Below the pieces are notes generated by a model. It worked only from the letters and a program-made list of their open reading frames with translations, had not been told where the DNA came from and ran no database searches. Source: Candidatus Levyibacteriota bacterium (lineage in GTDB: Bacteria > Patescibacteriota > Microgenomatia > Levybacterales > UBA12049). From it: 64,000 nucleotides of DNA. Position numbers and translations under genes: made by a program. Numbering within the stretch: the stretch's first letter is position 1; each line of letters opens with the position of its first letter. Of the stretch, positions 24,761-35,399 are shown piece by piece. The stretch is taken from contig JACROF010000012.1 of assembly GCA_016214555.1 (NCBI GenBank), positions 203,485 through 267,484 of the forward strand. Reading direction: 5' to 3'.

Positions 24761-25390
24761 TTACCCTCTTCCAATTGTATTAACACGATTAATAAGTTTC
24801 ATCGCCCTTTGAATATCCTGAGATCTGTTCGTATCAGAGAGAAGAGCTACAAAATTTTTAGGAGGAATAGTATCTGGTCGAGGGAGATGATCTACATAGT
24901 ATTCACCACCATCTAGTCCTACGATAAAGTTTTGTGGAATATCTTCCGAATAAAGTGGTATATCATATTGAGCACACGTATTACGAACCTCTCTGTAAGG
25001 ATAGATGACTTCAGAACCTCTTCGTATTCTTTGTCTTATTGTGCCAATTACATAATTAGCTTCATAGATATAGTCTAGGTTGTCATCAGGGTGAAAAAAT
25101 CCGGCGTAGACACGTGGGAAATTATGAGGGAATAAGAGAGTGAACAAATTTTGGTAGTAATATATTGCTTTATCTCGCCTTACATAGTCATCCCAATTAA
25201 CTGCAATAACCTTCTCAGGATCTCTTGGGTCAGCATAAACAAAGCGGTCGTCACCCTGTCCGATATATTCAACGCCATGGATTTTTGAAATTGACCTAAC
25301 TTTATTCTCATCCACTCGTCTTTTATGTGGAGGATTTTGCAGTGACAATATTTCTGCGGCAAAAGGGTGTCTTCTATTGATCTCAGGCAT
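24761..25390 (-). CDS. Hypothetical protein, possibly a divergent kinase-like fold
   Basis: YIGQGDDRFVY, EDIPQNF and YYVD segments; TATAAT 7 nt before ATG. Confidence 0.7.
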   Translation of the reverse strand: MPEINRRHPFAAEILSLQNPPHKRRVDENKVRSISKIHGVEYIGQGDDRFVYADPRDPEKVIAVNWDDYVRRDKAIYYYQNLFTLLFPHNFPRVYAGFFHPDDNLDYIYEANYVIGTIRQRIRRGSEVIYPYREVRNTCAQYDIPLYSEDIPQNFIVGLDGGEYYVDHLPRPDTIPPKNFVALLSDTNRSQDIQRAMKLINRVNTIGRG

Positions 25391-25459
25391 AAAGGGGATT
25401 ATAGCATTATTATTTTTTACTTGATCGGGATCTAAAATTGTCCTAGAATAGAGTGTACT

Positions 25460-26221
25460 GTGAAGAATATTTACCTCTCTGTTGTCATTCCGTGTTATAA
25501 CGAAATGGCAAATCTCCGAAAGGGTGTCCTCAATAAAGTTGATTCATATCTCTCAAAAAAGAAATATTCATTCGAAGTTATTATTGTTGACGATGGATCA
25601 ACTGATGGAAGCGTCGACTTTATAAAAGATTTTGTTAGCGATCACAAAGAGTTCAAGTTTATTGCAAGCCACCACATGGGAAAAGCTGGTGCAGTTACAA
25701 CAGGAATGCTTGAGGCTAAAGGATCGTATAGACTTTTTTCAGACATGGATCAGGCTACCCCTATTGAGGAGATTGATAGCCTACTGCCATATTTTGATAA
25801 GGGATATAACATCGTTATTGGTTCACGCAGTAACAGAAGAGAGGGATCCCCTTTAATTAGGCAATTTATTTCAAGAGCTCAGGTAATTTTGAGAAAAGGG
25901 ATCGTGGGATTGCATGGAATTTCAGATACGCAGTGTGGATTTAAAATGTTTGAAGGAGAAGTCGCTGAGAGACTTTTTTCCGCAATCAAAAGTATTCATC
26001 ATGGATTTAAGAAAATTAGCGGATCCAACGTAACATCAGGATTTGATATTGAGCTTTTATATATCGCTGAGAAAATGAACTATTCTATAATGGAGGTGCC
26101 TGTCCATTGGCTTTATGTCGAGACCAGAAGAGTTAACCCAATTAAAGACTCACTCCAAGGCGTTTCTGATCTGATCCAGATAAAGCAGAATGCACTTGCG
26201 GGGAAGTATTCAAAGGCATGA
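25460..26221 (+). CDS. GT2 polyprenyl-phosphate glycosyltransferase (DPG-synthase-like)
   Basis: LSVVIPCYNE, VDDGSTD, GKAGAV, DMD, DTQCGFKMF and FDIELL motifs. Confidence 0.92.
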   Translation: MKNIYLSVVIPCYNEMANLRKGVLNKVDSYLSKKKYSFEVIIVDDGSTDGSVDFIKDFVSDHKEFKFIASHHMGKAGAVTTGMLEAKGSYRLFSDMDQATPIEEIDSLLPYFDKGYNIVIGSRSNRREGSPLIRQFISRAQVILRKGIVGLHGISDTQCGFKMFEGEVAERLFSAIKSIHHGFKKISGSNVTSGFDIELLYIAEKMNYSIMEVPVHWLYVETRRVNPIKDSLQGVSDLIQIKQNALAGKYSKA

Positions 26222-27432
26222 GCTCTCAACAAGAAATCATCAGGCCATCACACCCACAAAAATTTTTTGAAAGACTTTTGATTTTTTTGTCTTTACTTCT
26301 TTTTCTTTATTCTTTTACTCAGGTTGATCTTGGATTGACCCTTACAAGAGCATCAATTTTTGCAACAATACAGCACGCGTTTCAGTACATAGGGTTTTTT
26401 AACCGTCCTTTGTCAACTTTTCTTTTGACTATTCTTATCATTGGATTTACGACTACTTATTTTATGTATTTGCTTTTTATCAAAAGACAACCTGTTTCAA
26501 AGGCGCATCTTTGGAGAACCATTTTTATAGTTAGCGGTGTTCTTGCGCTATCCTACACCGCCTTTTCTTACGATATTTTTAATTATATTTTTGATGCAAA
26601 AATTATTACTTTTTACCATCAAAATCCTTATCTTCACAAAGCTCTTGATTTCCCTGGTGATCCAATGCTTTCATTTATGCACTGGACACACAGGACTTAT
26701 CCTTATGGTCCATTTTGGTTAGGTATTTCTTTGCCATTTTCTTATATAGGACTGCAATTTTTTCTTCCAACCTATTTTCTTTTTAAAGGACTTGCATTGA
26801 TGGGATACTTACTTACTGTCTATTCAATAAGTCGCATTCTTCAAATGGTATCACCAAAACATGAGACGTTAGGAATTGCCTTTTTCGCTTTAAATCCTCT
26901 AGTTCTTATTGAGTCACTTGTTTCAGGCCACAACGATATAGCCATGATGGGAGTGGGAATGTTTGGATTCCATCTTTTTTTGAAGAAAAAATACTTTCTA
27001 AGCTTCATTATTCTTATTTTTTCAGCTGGAATAAAATTTGCAACAGGATTTATTATTCCATTATTTGCGCTGCTTTATGTTTTCAGGCGGAAAAACACCC
27101 AATTTTCTTGGGAGAGCATATTTTTTAGCCTTCTAATAGCTATGATTGCTTCTTTTGGCGCAATGATGATCAGATCTGGCCAATTTCAACCGTGGTATTT
27201 GTTGGTAATACTTCCTTTTGCATCACTTCTTTCAAGACATCGATATGTTCTTATTCCATTTTTTATTATTAGTTTTGGGGCGCTTCTTAACTATTTACCG
27301 TATTTTTATAGTGGGAATTGGGATGATCCCATTCCATCTATCCTTTTGCAAATCAATAGTATTACTTTGCTTATGGCGTGTATTAGTGGGGTAGTGTTCT
27401 ACCTCAGAGATAAAAAAATTGATACTAGGTAG
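26218..27432 (+). CDS. GT-C membrane glycosyltransferase (GT87/MptB-like)
   Basis: S.DIFNY, YPYGP.W, LNPL..IE....HND and QPWY motifs. Confidence 0.82.
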   Translation: MSSQQEIIRPSHPQKFFERLLIFLSLLLFLYSFTQVDLGLTLTRASIFATIQHAFQYIGFFNRPLSTFLLTILIIGFTTTYFMYLLFIKRQPVSKAHLWRTIFIVSGVLALSYTAFSYDIFNYIFDAKIITFYHQNPYLHKALDFPGDPMLSFMHWTHRTYPYGPFWLGISLPFSYIGLQFFLPTYFLFKGLALMGYLLTVYSISRILQMVSPKHETLGIAFFALNPLVLIESLVSGHNDIAMMGVGMFGFHLFLKKKYFLSFIILIFSAGIKFATGFIIPLFALLYVFRRKNTQFSWESIFFSLLIAMIASFGAMMIRSGQFQPWYLLVILPFASLLSRHRYVLIPFFIISFGALLNYLPYFYSGNWDDPIPSILLQINSITLLMACISGVVFYLRDKKIDTR

Positions 27433-27448
27433 TATATAATTATTTTAG

Positions 27449-28963
27449 ATGAAATTTATAAAAAAAAATAAAAAATATATCCTCCTTGTCGCAATTATTA
27501 TTGTTGTTTATTTTTTAACACGCCTTGTAGCAATTAACAGTCTACCAATATTTACTGATGAAGCAATTTATCTTAGGTGGTCACAGATTGCCCTTCATGA
27601 TGCAAATTGGAGATTTATTTCTCTAACAGACGGGAAGCAGCCTCTTTTCATCTGGTTTGTGATGTTAGCTATGAAATACATCGAAGACCCTCTTATTGCA
27701 GGGAGAGTGGTATCAGTAATTGCCGGTTTTTTTACCTTGATAGGATTGTATTTTTTAGGTTCAGAAGTGTTCTCAAACAAAAAAATAGGATTACTTTCAT
27801 CTTCCCTTTATCTTTTGTATCCTTTTGCTTTGGTTTATGACAGGATGGCACTCTATGATAGTCTTGTTGGAACATTTGCGGTGTGGGCTTTGTTTGGCGC
27901 TATAAAACTCGTACGAAACCAACGTTTTGATACGGCAATGCTATTGGGTTTTGTGACTGGGGGAGCCGTATTGAACAAAACAAGTGGGTTTCTTGCCTTG
28001 TATCTTCTTCCATTCCTTTTGGTTCTCATGCCTGTCAAGGAGATAAAGAATGTCAAAAGAGTTGCTAGATTTATCCTAATGTGTGCCGTTGTGGCAGTTA
28101 TTACTTATGGGTGTTATGCCATCTTAAGACTGTCTCCATTCTTTTATATTATTGAACAGAAAAACGCTCTTTTTGTATATCCTTTTCATGAGTGGATAAA
28201 ACATCCTTTTACTTTTTTTATTCCAAATATCCGAGCGCTTTTTGACTGGTATCTTCATTATGTTGGATTACCAATGTCGCTTCTTGTTTTAGGGTCATTT
28301 TTGGTTTCAAAGTCATATTTTCGAGAAAAGATACTGCTTTTTCTATGGTTTTTTCTCCCATTTTTGGCGTTGGCACTTACAGGTAAGACTCTTTATCCTA
28401 GGTACATATTTTTTATGACACTTTTTCTTTTACCACTCTGTGCATATACTCTCATATTTTTATATGAAAAATTATCTAGGAAGGCATACTACTCCGTTGG
28501 TTTTCTTGCTATCATTTATTGGGTAATTTCATCAGGGATGGTGATAACTCAGTTTCAAAACGCACCGATTCCTAAATCAGATATTCAGCAGTATCTGACC
28601 TCATGGACATCGGGGGAGGGAGTGAGTGAAGCAATTAAATTTTTTAGAGAGAGGTCAAAAGATAATAAAATATTTGTTGGGACACAAGGTACATTTGGGT
28701 TGATGCCTTATGCATTAGAGTTATACCTTGTTGATGATCCTCAGATAGAAATGAAGTCATATTGGCCAGTTGATAATGTTTTTTTGAGAGATATACAAAA
28801 GAAAACTTTAGAGAAAGAGTCCTATGTACTTTTCTATGAAGGTTGTCCAAGCTGTCCAAGCAATGGGATTGCGCCTACTGATTGGCCTCTTGAAAAAGTA
28901 TTCCAACTAAAAAAAATTGAGCCATATACATACCTGACAATTTATAAAGTTATTCCACAATGA
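27449..28963 (+). CDS. ArnT/PMT-like GT-C glycosyltransferase
   Basis: PIFTDEAIY, DGKQPL, R..S and DRMALYD motifs; polytopic. Confidence 0.85.
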   Translation: MKFIKKNKKYILLVAIIIVVYFLTRLVAINSLPIFTDEAIYLRWSQIALHDANWRFISLTDGKQPLFIWFVMLAMKYIEDPLIAGRVVSVIAGFFTLIGLYFLGSEVFSNKKIGLLSSSLYLLYPFALVYDRMALYDSLVGTFAVWALFGAIKLVRNQRFDTAMLLGFVTGGAVLNKTSGFLALYLLPFLLVLMPVKEIKNVKRVARFILMCAVVAVITYGCYAILRLSPFFYIIEQKNALFVYPFHEWIKHPFTFFIPNIRALFDWYLHYVGLPMSLLVLGSFLVSKSYFREKILLFLWFFLPFLALALTGKTLYPRYIFFMTLFLLPLCAYTLIFLYEKLSRKAYYSVGFLAIIYWVISSGMVITQFQNAPIPKSDIQQYLTSWTSGEGVSEAIKFFRERSKDNKIFVGTQGTFGLMPYALELYLVDDPQIEMKSYWPVDNVFLRDIQKKTLEKESYVLFYEGCPSCPSNGIAPTDWPLEKVFQLKKIEPYTYLTIYKVIPQ

Positions 28964-30633
28964 GATTGAATAAAAAGTTTATTGCAGGTTTAATACTAGT
29001 GCTTTTATTTCTCTCTCTTCCTCTGATTGCGCCTTTTTTTCAAAAAGGATATTTTACAACGCACGATGGTGAATGGGCAGTTGTGCGACTTGCCGATATG
29101 TACCGTGAAGTAAGAGATGGTCAGATCCCCCCGCGCTTTAGCGGAAATCTTAATAGCGGTTATGGGTACCCTCTTTTTCAATATGCTTACCCAATGCCTT
29201 ATTATTTGGGTTTAGTGTTGTATCTTTTCCAAATAGGGTTGGTAGATAGCATCAAGATTCTTTTTGCATCAACTGTATTTCTGTCAGGGGTAGCAATGTT
29301 TTTTTTATCACGAAGTCTTTGGAAATCAAACATCGCTGGTATTGTAAGTGCAATATTGTATATGTATGCACCTTATCGCCTTGTAGATTTGTACGTGCGA
29401 GGATCGATTGGTGAGTCAATAGCCTCAGTATTTTTCCCATTAATATTACTTACCATGCTCTCCTTAAGAGAGAGAATAACGCCAGTAAGAGTTGTACTAC
29501 TTTCACTGCTTACTGCCTCACTTGTCCTAACACATAATATTATGGCAGTTCTCTTTCTTGTCATTATCTTGGGATTTTTCATCTATTTTTTAATAGAAAA
29601 GGATTTTTTAACAATAAAAGCAAGTCTTATCGGGATTGTTGGAGGATTTATGCTCTCTGCCTATTTCTGGATCCCAGCGTTACTTGAAAAAAAGTATATT
29701 TTGCTTTCCATAATTCCTATTGCTGATAGAAGCCTGCATTTTGTTTCGCTTAATCAGTTGATTCTGCCAACGTGGGGATATGGCACGCCAACTGATCCAG
29801 ACGCCTTTACATACCAGATTGGACTTGCGCATATTTTTGTAGTCTTCTTGATTGGTGTAACATTTTTTCTTAAAAAGAAAGACTTGATGAGAAATATTAC
29901 AACTTTGTTTTTTATTCTTATTTCAGTTTTTTTATTTTTAATGTTCCCCTTATCAAAAGTTATTTGGGAGAACACTCCACTGCTTCATGAAATTAATTAC
30001 CCATGGACCTGTTTGATGCCTATTATTTTTTTATCTAGTATTATTGCAGGGAAAACAGCTATCACCAATTTTTTTCCACTGCAGAAAATAATAGTTGGAA
30101 TAGCATGTGTTGCTGCAATTTTTTTTGGAATTACATATGCCCGTCCTAACAAAATTGTCGATAATGGAGATGGGTTTTATTTTACAAATGATGCAACAAC
30201 AACATCATCAAAAGAATTGATGCCATTATGGGTCAAGGATATACCACAGGTTAGACCTAAAAATAAAATTGAAATTATAAAAGGGATAGGTAATATTTCA
30301 CCACTTCATATCACATCGCATAAGGCACTTTTTGAAACTGATCTTAAAACAGATGCAATTATACGGTTTAATACTATTTATTTTCCACAATGGGAATGGA
30401 AGGTTGATGGAAAAAATACTCCATACTCATACAATAATAGAGTCGGAGTAATGGATGCACATTTTACAAAAGGGCATCACAACATCTCAATAGTGCTAAG
30501 AGATACACCCATACGAATCATTTCAAATAGCATTAGCTTTGTGACATTTGTTGTTTTTGTGTTTGTCATAGTAGTGAGATTTTTAGAACTTTTTTTAAAA
30601 AGACGAATATTGATTTTTCCATATAAGTTATGA
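28960..30633 (+). CDS. YfhO/PTPS-related GT-C membrane protein
   Basis: THDG, PPR....N.GYGYPLF, PYR....YVRG..GE, HN and YFP.W motifs. Confidence 0.85.
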   Translation: MRLNKKFIAGLILVLLFLSLPLIAPFFQKGYFTTHDGEWAVVRLADMYREVRDGQIPPRFSGNLNSGYGYPLFQYAYPMPYYLGLVLYLFQIGLVDSIKILFASTVFLSGVAMFFLSRSLWKSNIAGIVSAILYMYAPYRLVDLYVRGSIGESIASVFFPLILLTMLSLRERITPVRVVLLSLLTASLVLTHNIMAVLFLVIILGFFIYFLIEKDFLTIKASLIGIVGGFMLSAYFWIPALLEKKYILLSIIPIADRSLHFVSLNQLILPTWGYGTPTDPDAFTYQIGLAHIFVVFLIGVTFFLKKKDLMRNITTLFFILISVFLFLMFPLSKVIWENTPLLHEINYPWTCLMPIIFLSSIIAGKTAITNFFPLQKIIVGIACVAAIFFGITYARPNKIVDNGDGFYFTNDATTTSSKELMPLWVKDIPQVRPKNKIEIIKGIGNISPLHITSHKALFETDLKTDAIIRFNTIYFPQWEWKVDGKNTPYSYNNRVGVMDAHFTKGHHNISIVLRDTPIRIISNSISFVTFVVFVFVIVVRFLELFLKRRILIFPYKL

Positions 30634-32303
30634 AAAAAATACTTTGGCCGATTATCATTCTTTGTATAGGAGTAGTAACTATTTTTCCATTATTTCATAG
30701 TGAATATTTTCCAATGCATGATAATACGCAGGTCTCTAGAGTTTCTCAGATGGCGTTATCTTTGTCAGAAGGAGCTTTTCCCGTCAGGTGGGTGAATGAC
30801 CTTGGCTATGGATATGGTTATCCTATTTTTAATTTTTATGCACCTTTTGCTTATTATGTAGGAGCGTTTTTTGTATTGTTTGGTATTAATTCTCTTATGG
30901 CTACTAAAATAATGTTTGGCATTGGGATGATATCGGCTGGTCTTTCTATGTATTTTTTGTCAAAATCTTTTTTTGGTAAAAATGCAGCAATCTTGTCATC
31001 ACTGCTTTATCTGTTTTTTCCCTACCATGCTTCGTTGTTGTATGTGAGAGGTGCTATTGGAGAGTTATTTGCTTATGGTTTTTTGCCATTGCCATTTTTG
31101 GGATTATGGCAACTGTATAAAACAGGAAAATTTAGGTATGTAATTTTGTTTGCTTTAGGATATGGAGGAATTATTATCTCACACAATCTTTCAGCGCTCA
31201 TGATAACCCCATTTATTGTTCTTGCTTGCGTATTATTGTCAGCTATTTTGTATAAAAAGAAACAAATAAGAGTAATTCTTATGATTTTTTCGGGTTTGGT
31301 ACTTTCAATACTCTTGTCATCATGGTATGTGGTTCCTGCGATTTTTGAAATGAAATTTACAAATATCTCATCAATTCTTGGGGGTGGATCAAATCCTCTT
31401 GATCATTTTGTATGTCTTAAACAGTTTTGGTCAGGACCTTGGGGTTTCGCAGGATCAACAAAAGGATGTATGGACGGCATGTCATTTGTAATAGGTAAAG
31501 TTCACGTCCTTGTTTTGGTGATTGGATTATTAACATTTGCTTACTCGCATCGATTGAAGGATAAAGAGAAAAAAGGTCTTTTATTTTTCTCGTTTTTTCT
31601 CATTTTGCTTTCTGGATTTCTTATGACTGACATGTCTTCTTTTATATGGAAGGAAATTTCTTTTCTTCACTATATTCAGTTTCCTTGGAGGTATTTATCC
31701 TTTATAGCTTTGGGTGTTGCAGTGATTGGAGGATCAATAGTATTTTTCCTTGAAAGATATCACAAGAGAAGTGCTTTCTTTTTTATATTCTTGTTTGTTT
31801 TTCTTACTGTTTTTTACAATAAGCATTATTTTATGCCTCAATATTTTTGGAGTAACGATAAAGCAGTGAGTTATTTTTCTGATACAAAATGGACAGTATC
31901 AAAAATTTCTGATGAGTATTTGCCAAGAGATTTTATCAAGCCTAAAAATAGAGATGAAATACCAAAAGAGCTAGTTAAAAACCAGCAAATTCTGAAAAAT
32001 TTTGAAATAATAGCTAACTCTGTTTATAAAAAGGAATTTATCATAGATCTTGATAGACAAACGATTATTCAAATTAACACTGCGTATTTTCCAGGATGGC
32101 AATTGTCAATTGATGACAGGAGGGATGTAAAAGGTTTTCAAAAAAATGGTATCTTTGTACTACCTCTCTCTGAGGGAGTTCATCATATAGAATTAAATTT
32201 TAAACAAACTCCTCTTGAGAGATACTCAAATTATCTTTCTTTATTAGGTATAATCATAGTACTTGCTGGGATATTGCACTCAAGAAAGGAAAAATATTTA
32301 TAG
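30630..32303 (+). CDS. YfhO/PTPS-related GT-C membrane protein
   Basis: MHD, FPVRW..DLGYGYGYP.FNFY, YVRGA.GE, QFPWR and YFPGW motifs. Confidence 0.85.
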   Translation: MKKILWPIIILCIGVVTIFPLFHSEYFPMHDNTQVSRVSQMALSLSEGAFPVRWVNDLGYGYGYPIFNFYAPFAYYVGAFFVLFGINSLMATKIMFGIGMISAGLSMYFLSKSFFGKNAAILSSLLYLFFPYHASLLYVRGAIGELFAYGFLPLPFLGLWQLYKTGKFRYVILFALGYGGIIISHNLSALMITPFIVLACVLLSAILYKKKQIRVILMIFSGLVLSILLSSWYVVPAIFEMKFTNISSILGGGSNPLDHFVCLKQFWSGPWGFAGSTKGCMDGMSFVIGKVHVLVLVIGLLTFAYSHRLKDKEKKGLLFFSFFLILLSGFLMTDMSSFIWKEISFLHYIQFPWRYLSFIALGVAVIGGSIVFFLERYHKRSAFFFIFLFVFLTVFYNKHYFMPQYFWSNDKAVSYFSDTKWTVSKISDEYLPRDFIKPKNRDEIPKELVKNQQILKNFEIIANSVYKKEFIIDLDRQTIIQINTAYFPGWQLSIDDRRDVKGFQKNGIFVLPLSEGVHHIELNFKQTPLERYSNYLSLLGIIIVLAGILHSRKEKYL

Positions 32304-33019
32304 TGAAAAAATTACCTGAATTGACAATTTTTTTCCCGTTTTGGAATGAAGAGAAAAACATAGCTGAAATTGTTCATAACGCCGTTGATATTATTCCAAC
32401 TGTTGCTGAAAAATTTGAGATACTTATAGTCGATGACGGGTCACTTGATGGTACGCTTAGGATTGCAAATGAGTTGGCAGAAAAATATCCCTATATTAGA
32501 GTAATTAGCCACAACGTGAATAGGGGATATGGTGCAGCGTTAAAATCAGGCTTTGAAAATGCAAAATATGACTATATTATTTTTACTGATGGGGATTTGC
32601 AGTTCAACCTACATGAAATTACAAAATTCACCGAGAATATTCACAAAGCAGATATGGTGATTGGGTATCGAAGAAAGAGGAAGGACAATAAAATAATTAA
32701 AAGATTGCTACTTATGAATCTATTAAAAATTTGGGATTTTGTTTTGTTTGGGTTCCATTTTAAAGACATTGATTGTGGTTTTAAAATGTTTACAAGGCAT
32801 GCACTTGAGGCTATTGGACCTCTTAGGTCAGAGGGAGCAATGGTTACAACAGAAATATTGGCAAAAGCTAGGAAGAAAAAACTAAAGATAATACAAGTTG
32901 GCGTTGAGCATTTCCCACGTGTTTATGGAGAGCAGACTGGGGCAAATATCTTCGTTGTTGTAAGGGCAATTCTAGAGAGTATGACACTTTTTATGGATAT
33001 TAAAAGCAAGAGGTTTTAA
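32303..33019 (+). CDS. GT2 polyprenyl-phosphate glycosyltransferase (DPM/DPG-like)
   Basis: P..NEE, VDDGS.D, N.GYG.A, DGDLQ and DIDCGFK motifs. Confidence 0.9.
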   Translation: MKKLPELTIFFPFWNEEKNIAEIVHNAVDIIPTVAEKFEILIVDDGSLDGTLRIANELAEKYPYIRVISHNVNRGYGAALKSGFENAKYDYIIFTDGDLQFNLHEITKFTENIHKADMVIGYRRKRKDNKIIKRLLLMNLLKIWDFVLFGFHFKDIDCGFKMFTRHALEAIGPLRSEGAMVTTEILAKARKKKLKIIQVGVEHFPRVYGEQTGANIFVVVRAILESMTLFMDIKSKRF

Positions 33020-34471
33020 ATGCAAGAAATTGATATTACAACTATCACAAAACGTTCAATTCATGGAGTTTTTGCTCTTGTATCAAGAACGTTTCTTATT
33101 CAGGTGGTCATGCAGCTGGTCAGTTTTTTTCTCACAATTTATTTATTGCCTGCAGAGTATGGAGTTTTTTATATAGTTTCTGCAGCAATTGCTTTTTTAG
33201 GATATTTTTCAGACATTGGATTGGCTGCAGCTCTCATTCAGAAAAAAGAACCTCTTACAAAGGACGATCTAAGGACAACATTTACTATCCAACAGGGGTT
33301 AGTCATTGTTGTTTCAATTATTGCACTACTTTTTTCAGACCAAATTGGAAGATTTTATAGTTTAGATGGTTCTGGAAAAATACTGTATCAGGCCCTCATC
33401 TTGGCTTTTTTCCTTTCATCTCTTAAGACAATTCCATCTATTTTGCTTGAAAGAGAGTTGAAATTTCAAAAGCTGGTGATACCGGAAATTGTAGAAGCAT
33501 TTGCTTTTAGCATAACAGTTCTTACCATGGTAATCATGGGGTTTGGGGTAACAAGCTTTACTGTGGCAGTTGTACTTAGGGGGTTTTTGGGTCTTATCAC
33601 TATGTATATTGTTGCACCATGGAAGCCAGAGATTGGTTTTTCAAAGCCTACGGCAAAAAGATTATTGTCATTTGGACTTCCTTTTCAAGCAAATAGCATA
33701 TTAGCACTATTAAAGGACCAACTTCTGGTGATTTATCTTGGAAAAGCTTTGCCTCTTACTCAGGTGGGATATATAGGCGTAGCGCAAAAATTAGCCTATA
33801 CGCCTCTAAGACTTTTTATGGACAATATTATTAGAATTACATTTCCTTCGTTTTCTCGTCTTACGGGCACTGATTATCTTGGGAAGGCGATAGAAAAAAC
33901 ACTTTTTGGAATCTGCGTTTTTATTTTTCCTGCAACTGCGGGAATGGTTTTAGTTATGCCAGATTTTATCAAAGTCTTCCCTAAATATGAAAAATGGGAA
34001 CCAGTTCTTGTCTCTCTTGGGTTTTTTGCTGCTAATGCAGCATTATCGAGCATATCAACTCCACTGACTAATGCGCTAAACGCAATAGGAAAAATAAAGG
34101 TGACTTTATATTTAATGATTTTTTGGACTCTTGCAACGTGGATTAGTATACCAATATGCATTTCGTTATTTGGATTTAATGGAGTTTCAATAGCCTCATT
34201 TATTATATCTCTGAGTCTTTTTGCGGTTATCTTTATTGCAAAAAGATATATCTCGTTTTCTGTGTTGCCAGTTATTACACCTCCTTTGATCGCTACTGTA
34301 GTTATGTCAGTCTTCATTTATTTTTTGGGTAGAGGATTGATAACTTCTCTTCCAATGCTAATTATTGTTATGATAGTAGGTGGAGGAGTTTATGGAGCTT
34401 GTCTTTTTATCATTGCGAAATCACAAATATTGTCTGATTTAGCTTTAATAAAAGAAAATCTTAGAAAATAA
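33020..34471 (+). CDS. Wzx/PST-family oligosaccharide flippase
   Basis: L.P.EYG, D.GL..ALIQ and L.R.L.F motifs; about 12-14 TM. Confidence 0.9.
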   Translation: MQEIDITTITKRSIHGVFALVSRTFLIQVVMQLVSFFLTIYLLPAEYGVFYIVSAAIAFLGYFSDIGLAAALIQKKEPLTKDDLRTTFTIQQGLVIVVSIIALLFSDQIGRFYSLDGSGKILYQALILAFFLSSLKTIPSILLERELKFQKLVIPEIVEAFAFSITVLTMVIMGFGVTSFTVAVVLRGFLGLITMYIVAPWKPEIGFSKPTAKRLLSFGLPFQANSILALLKDQLLVIYLGKALPLTQVGYIGVAQKLAYTPLRLFMDNIIRITFPSFSRLTGTDYLGKAIEKTLFGICVFIFPATAGMVLVMPDFIKVFPKYEKWEPVLVSLGFFAANAALSSISTPLTNALNAIGKIKVTLYLMIFWTLATWISIPICISLFGFNGVSIASFIISLSLFAVIFIAKRYISFSVLPVITPPLIATVVMSVFIYFLGRGLITSLPMLIIVMIVGGGVYGACLFIIAKSQILSDLALIKENLRK

Positions 34472-34472
34472 T

Positions 34473-35399
34473 ATGGCGAAACTTTCAGTAGTGATTTCTG
34501 TACTAAATGGTGCTGCGGTTATAGAGGATTGTTTAAAGTCTGTTGAGTGGGCAGATGAGATTATTGTTGTGGATCATGAGTCAACAGATGGAACACTCAA
34601 GATTGTTAAAAAATATACAAATGATATTTTTTCTCAACCTAACGACATTACAAAAATTGATATTCAAAAAAACTTTGGATTTAAGAAAGCAAAACATGAA
34701 TGGATTTTAAGCATTGATGCTGATGAACGAATAGACGATGAATTACAAAAAGAAATAAAGGAAGTTATTGAACACATGTATCAAGATGCATATGCTATTC
34801 CTCGTAAAAATATTATTTTTGGGAAATGGATAAAGCACTCAATCTGGTGGCCTGATTATCAAATAAGACTTTTTCGAAAGGGTAGAGCAGAGTACGTTGA
34901 TGCAGTTGTTCACAAAGATATCCAGGTGAAAGGGACAGTAGGAAAGCTAACAAATCCTCTTACGCATGAAAATTATCAGACGGTCAGTCAGTACCTTCAA
35001 AAAATGGATGTATATACCGAAAGCGAGGCTCTTTCATTTATCAAAAACAACACCCATTTTTCGTGGATTGAGGCTGTGAGGATGCCTATAGGTGATTTTT
35101 TAAAAACATTTTTTTTCCAAAGGGGATATAAAGATGGGTTTCATGGCTTAGTACTAAGTGTGCTTCAGGGTTTTTATATGTTTTTGGTAGTTATAAAAGT
35201 ATGGGAGAAGCAAGGATTTAGAGAGGAAAACGATAAGCATTTCTTAAAAAATCTTTTGCGTGAATGGGAAAGGTATCAAAAGGAAGTTTCTTATTGGTTT
35301 ATGGTTTCATTTATTCAATCATCAGGAAATTTTATTGAAAAAATTCCCTACAGGCTAAAAAGAAAGTATCTTGATCAAAAATTAAAAAAAGAGTTTTAA
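34473..35399 (+). CDS. GT2 glycosyltransferase (beta-1,4-glucosyltransferase-like)
   Basis: CL.SV..ADEIIVVD..S.D.T, IDADE, PD.Q.RLF and GYKDG..G motifs. Confidence 0.9.
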   Translation: MAKLSVVISVLNGAAVIEDCLKSVEWADEIIVVDHESTDGTLKIVKKYTNDIFSQPNDITKIDIQKNFGFKKAKHEWILSIDADERIDDELQKEIKEVIEHMYQDAYAIPRKNIIFGKWIKHSIWWPDYQIRLFRKGRAEYVDAVVHKDIQVKGTVGKLTNPLTHENYQTVSQYLQKMDVYTESEALSFIKNNTHFSWIEAVRMPIGDFLKTFFFQRGYKDGFHGLVLSVLQGFYMFLVVIKVWEKQGFREENDKHFLKNLLREWERYQKEVSYWFMVSFIQSSGNFIEKIPYRLKRKYLDQKLKKEF

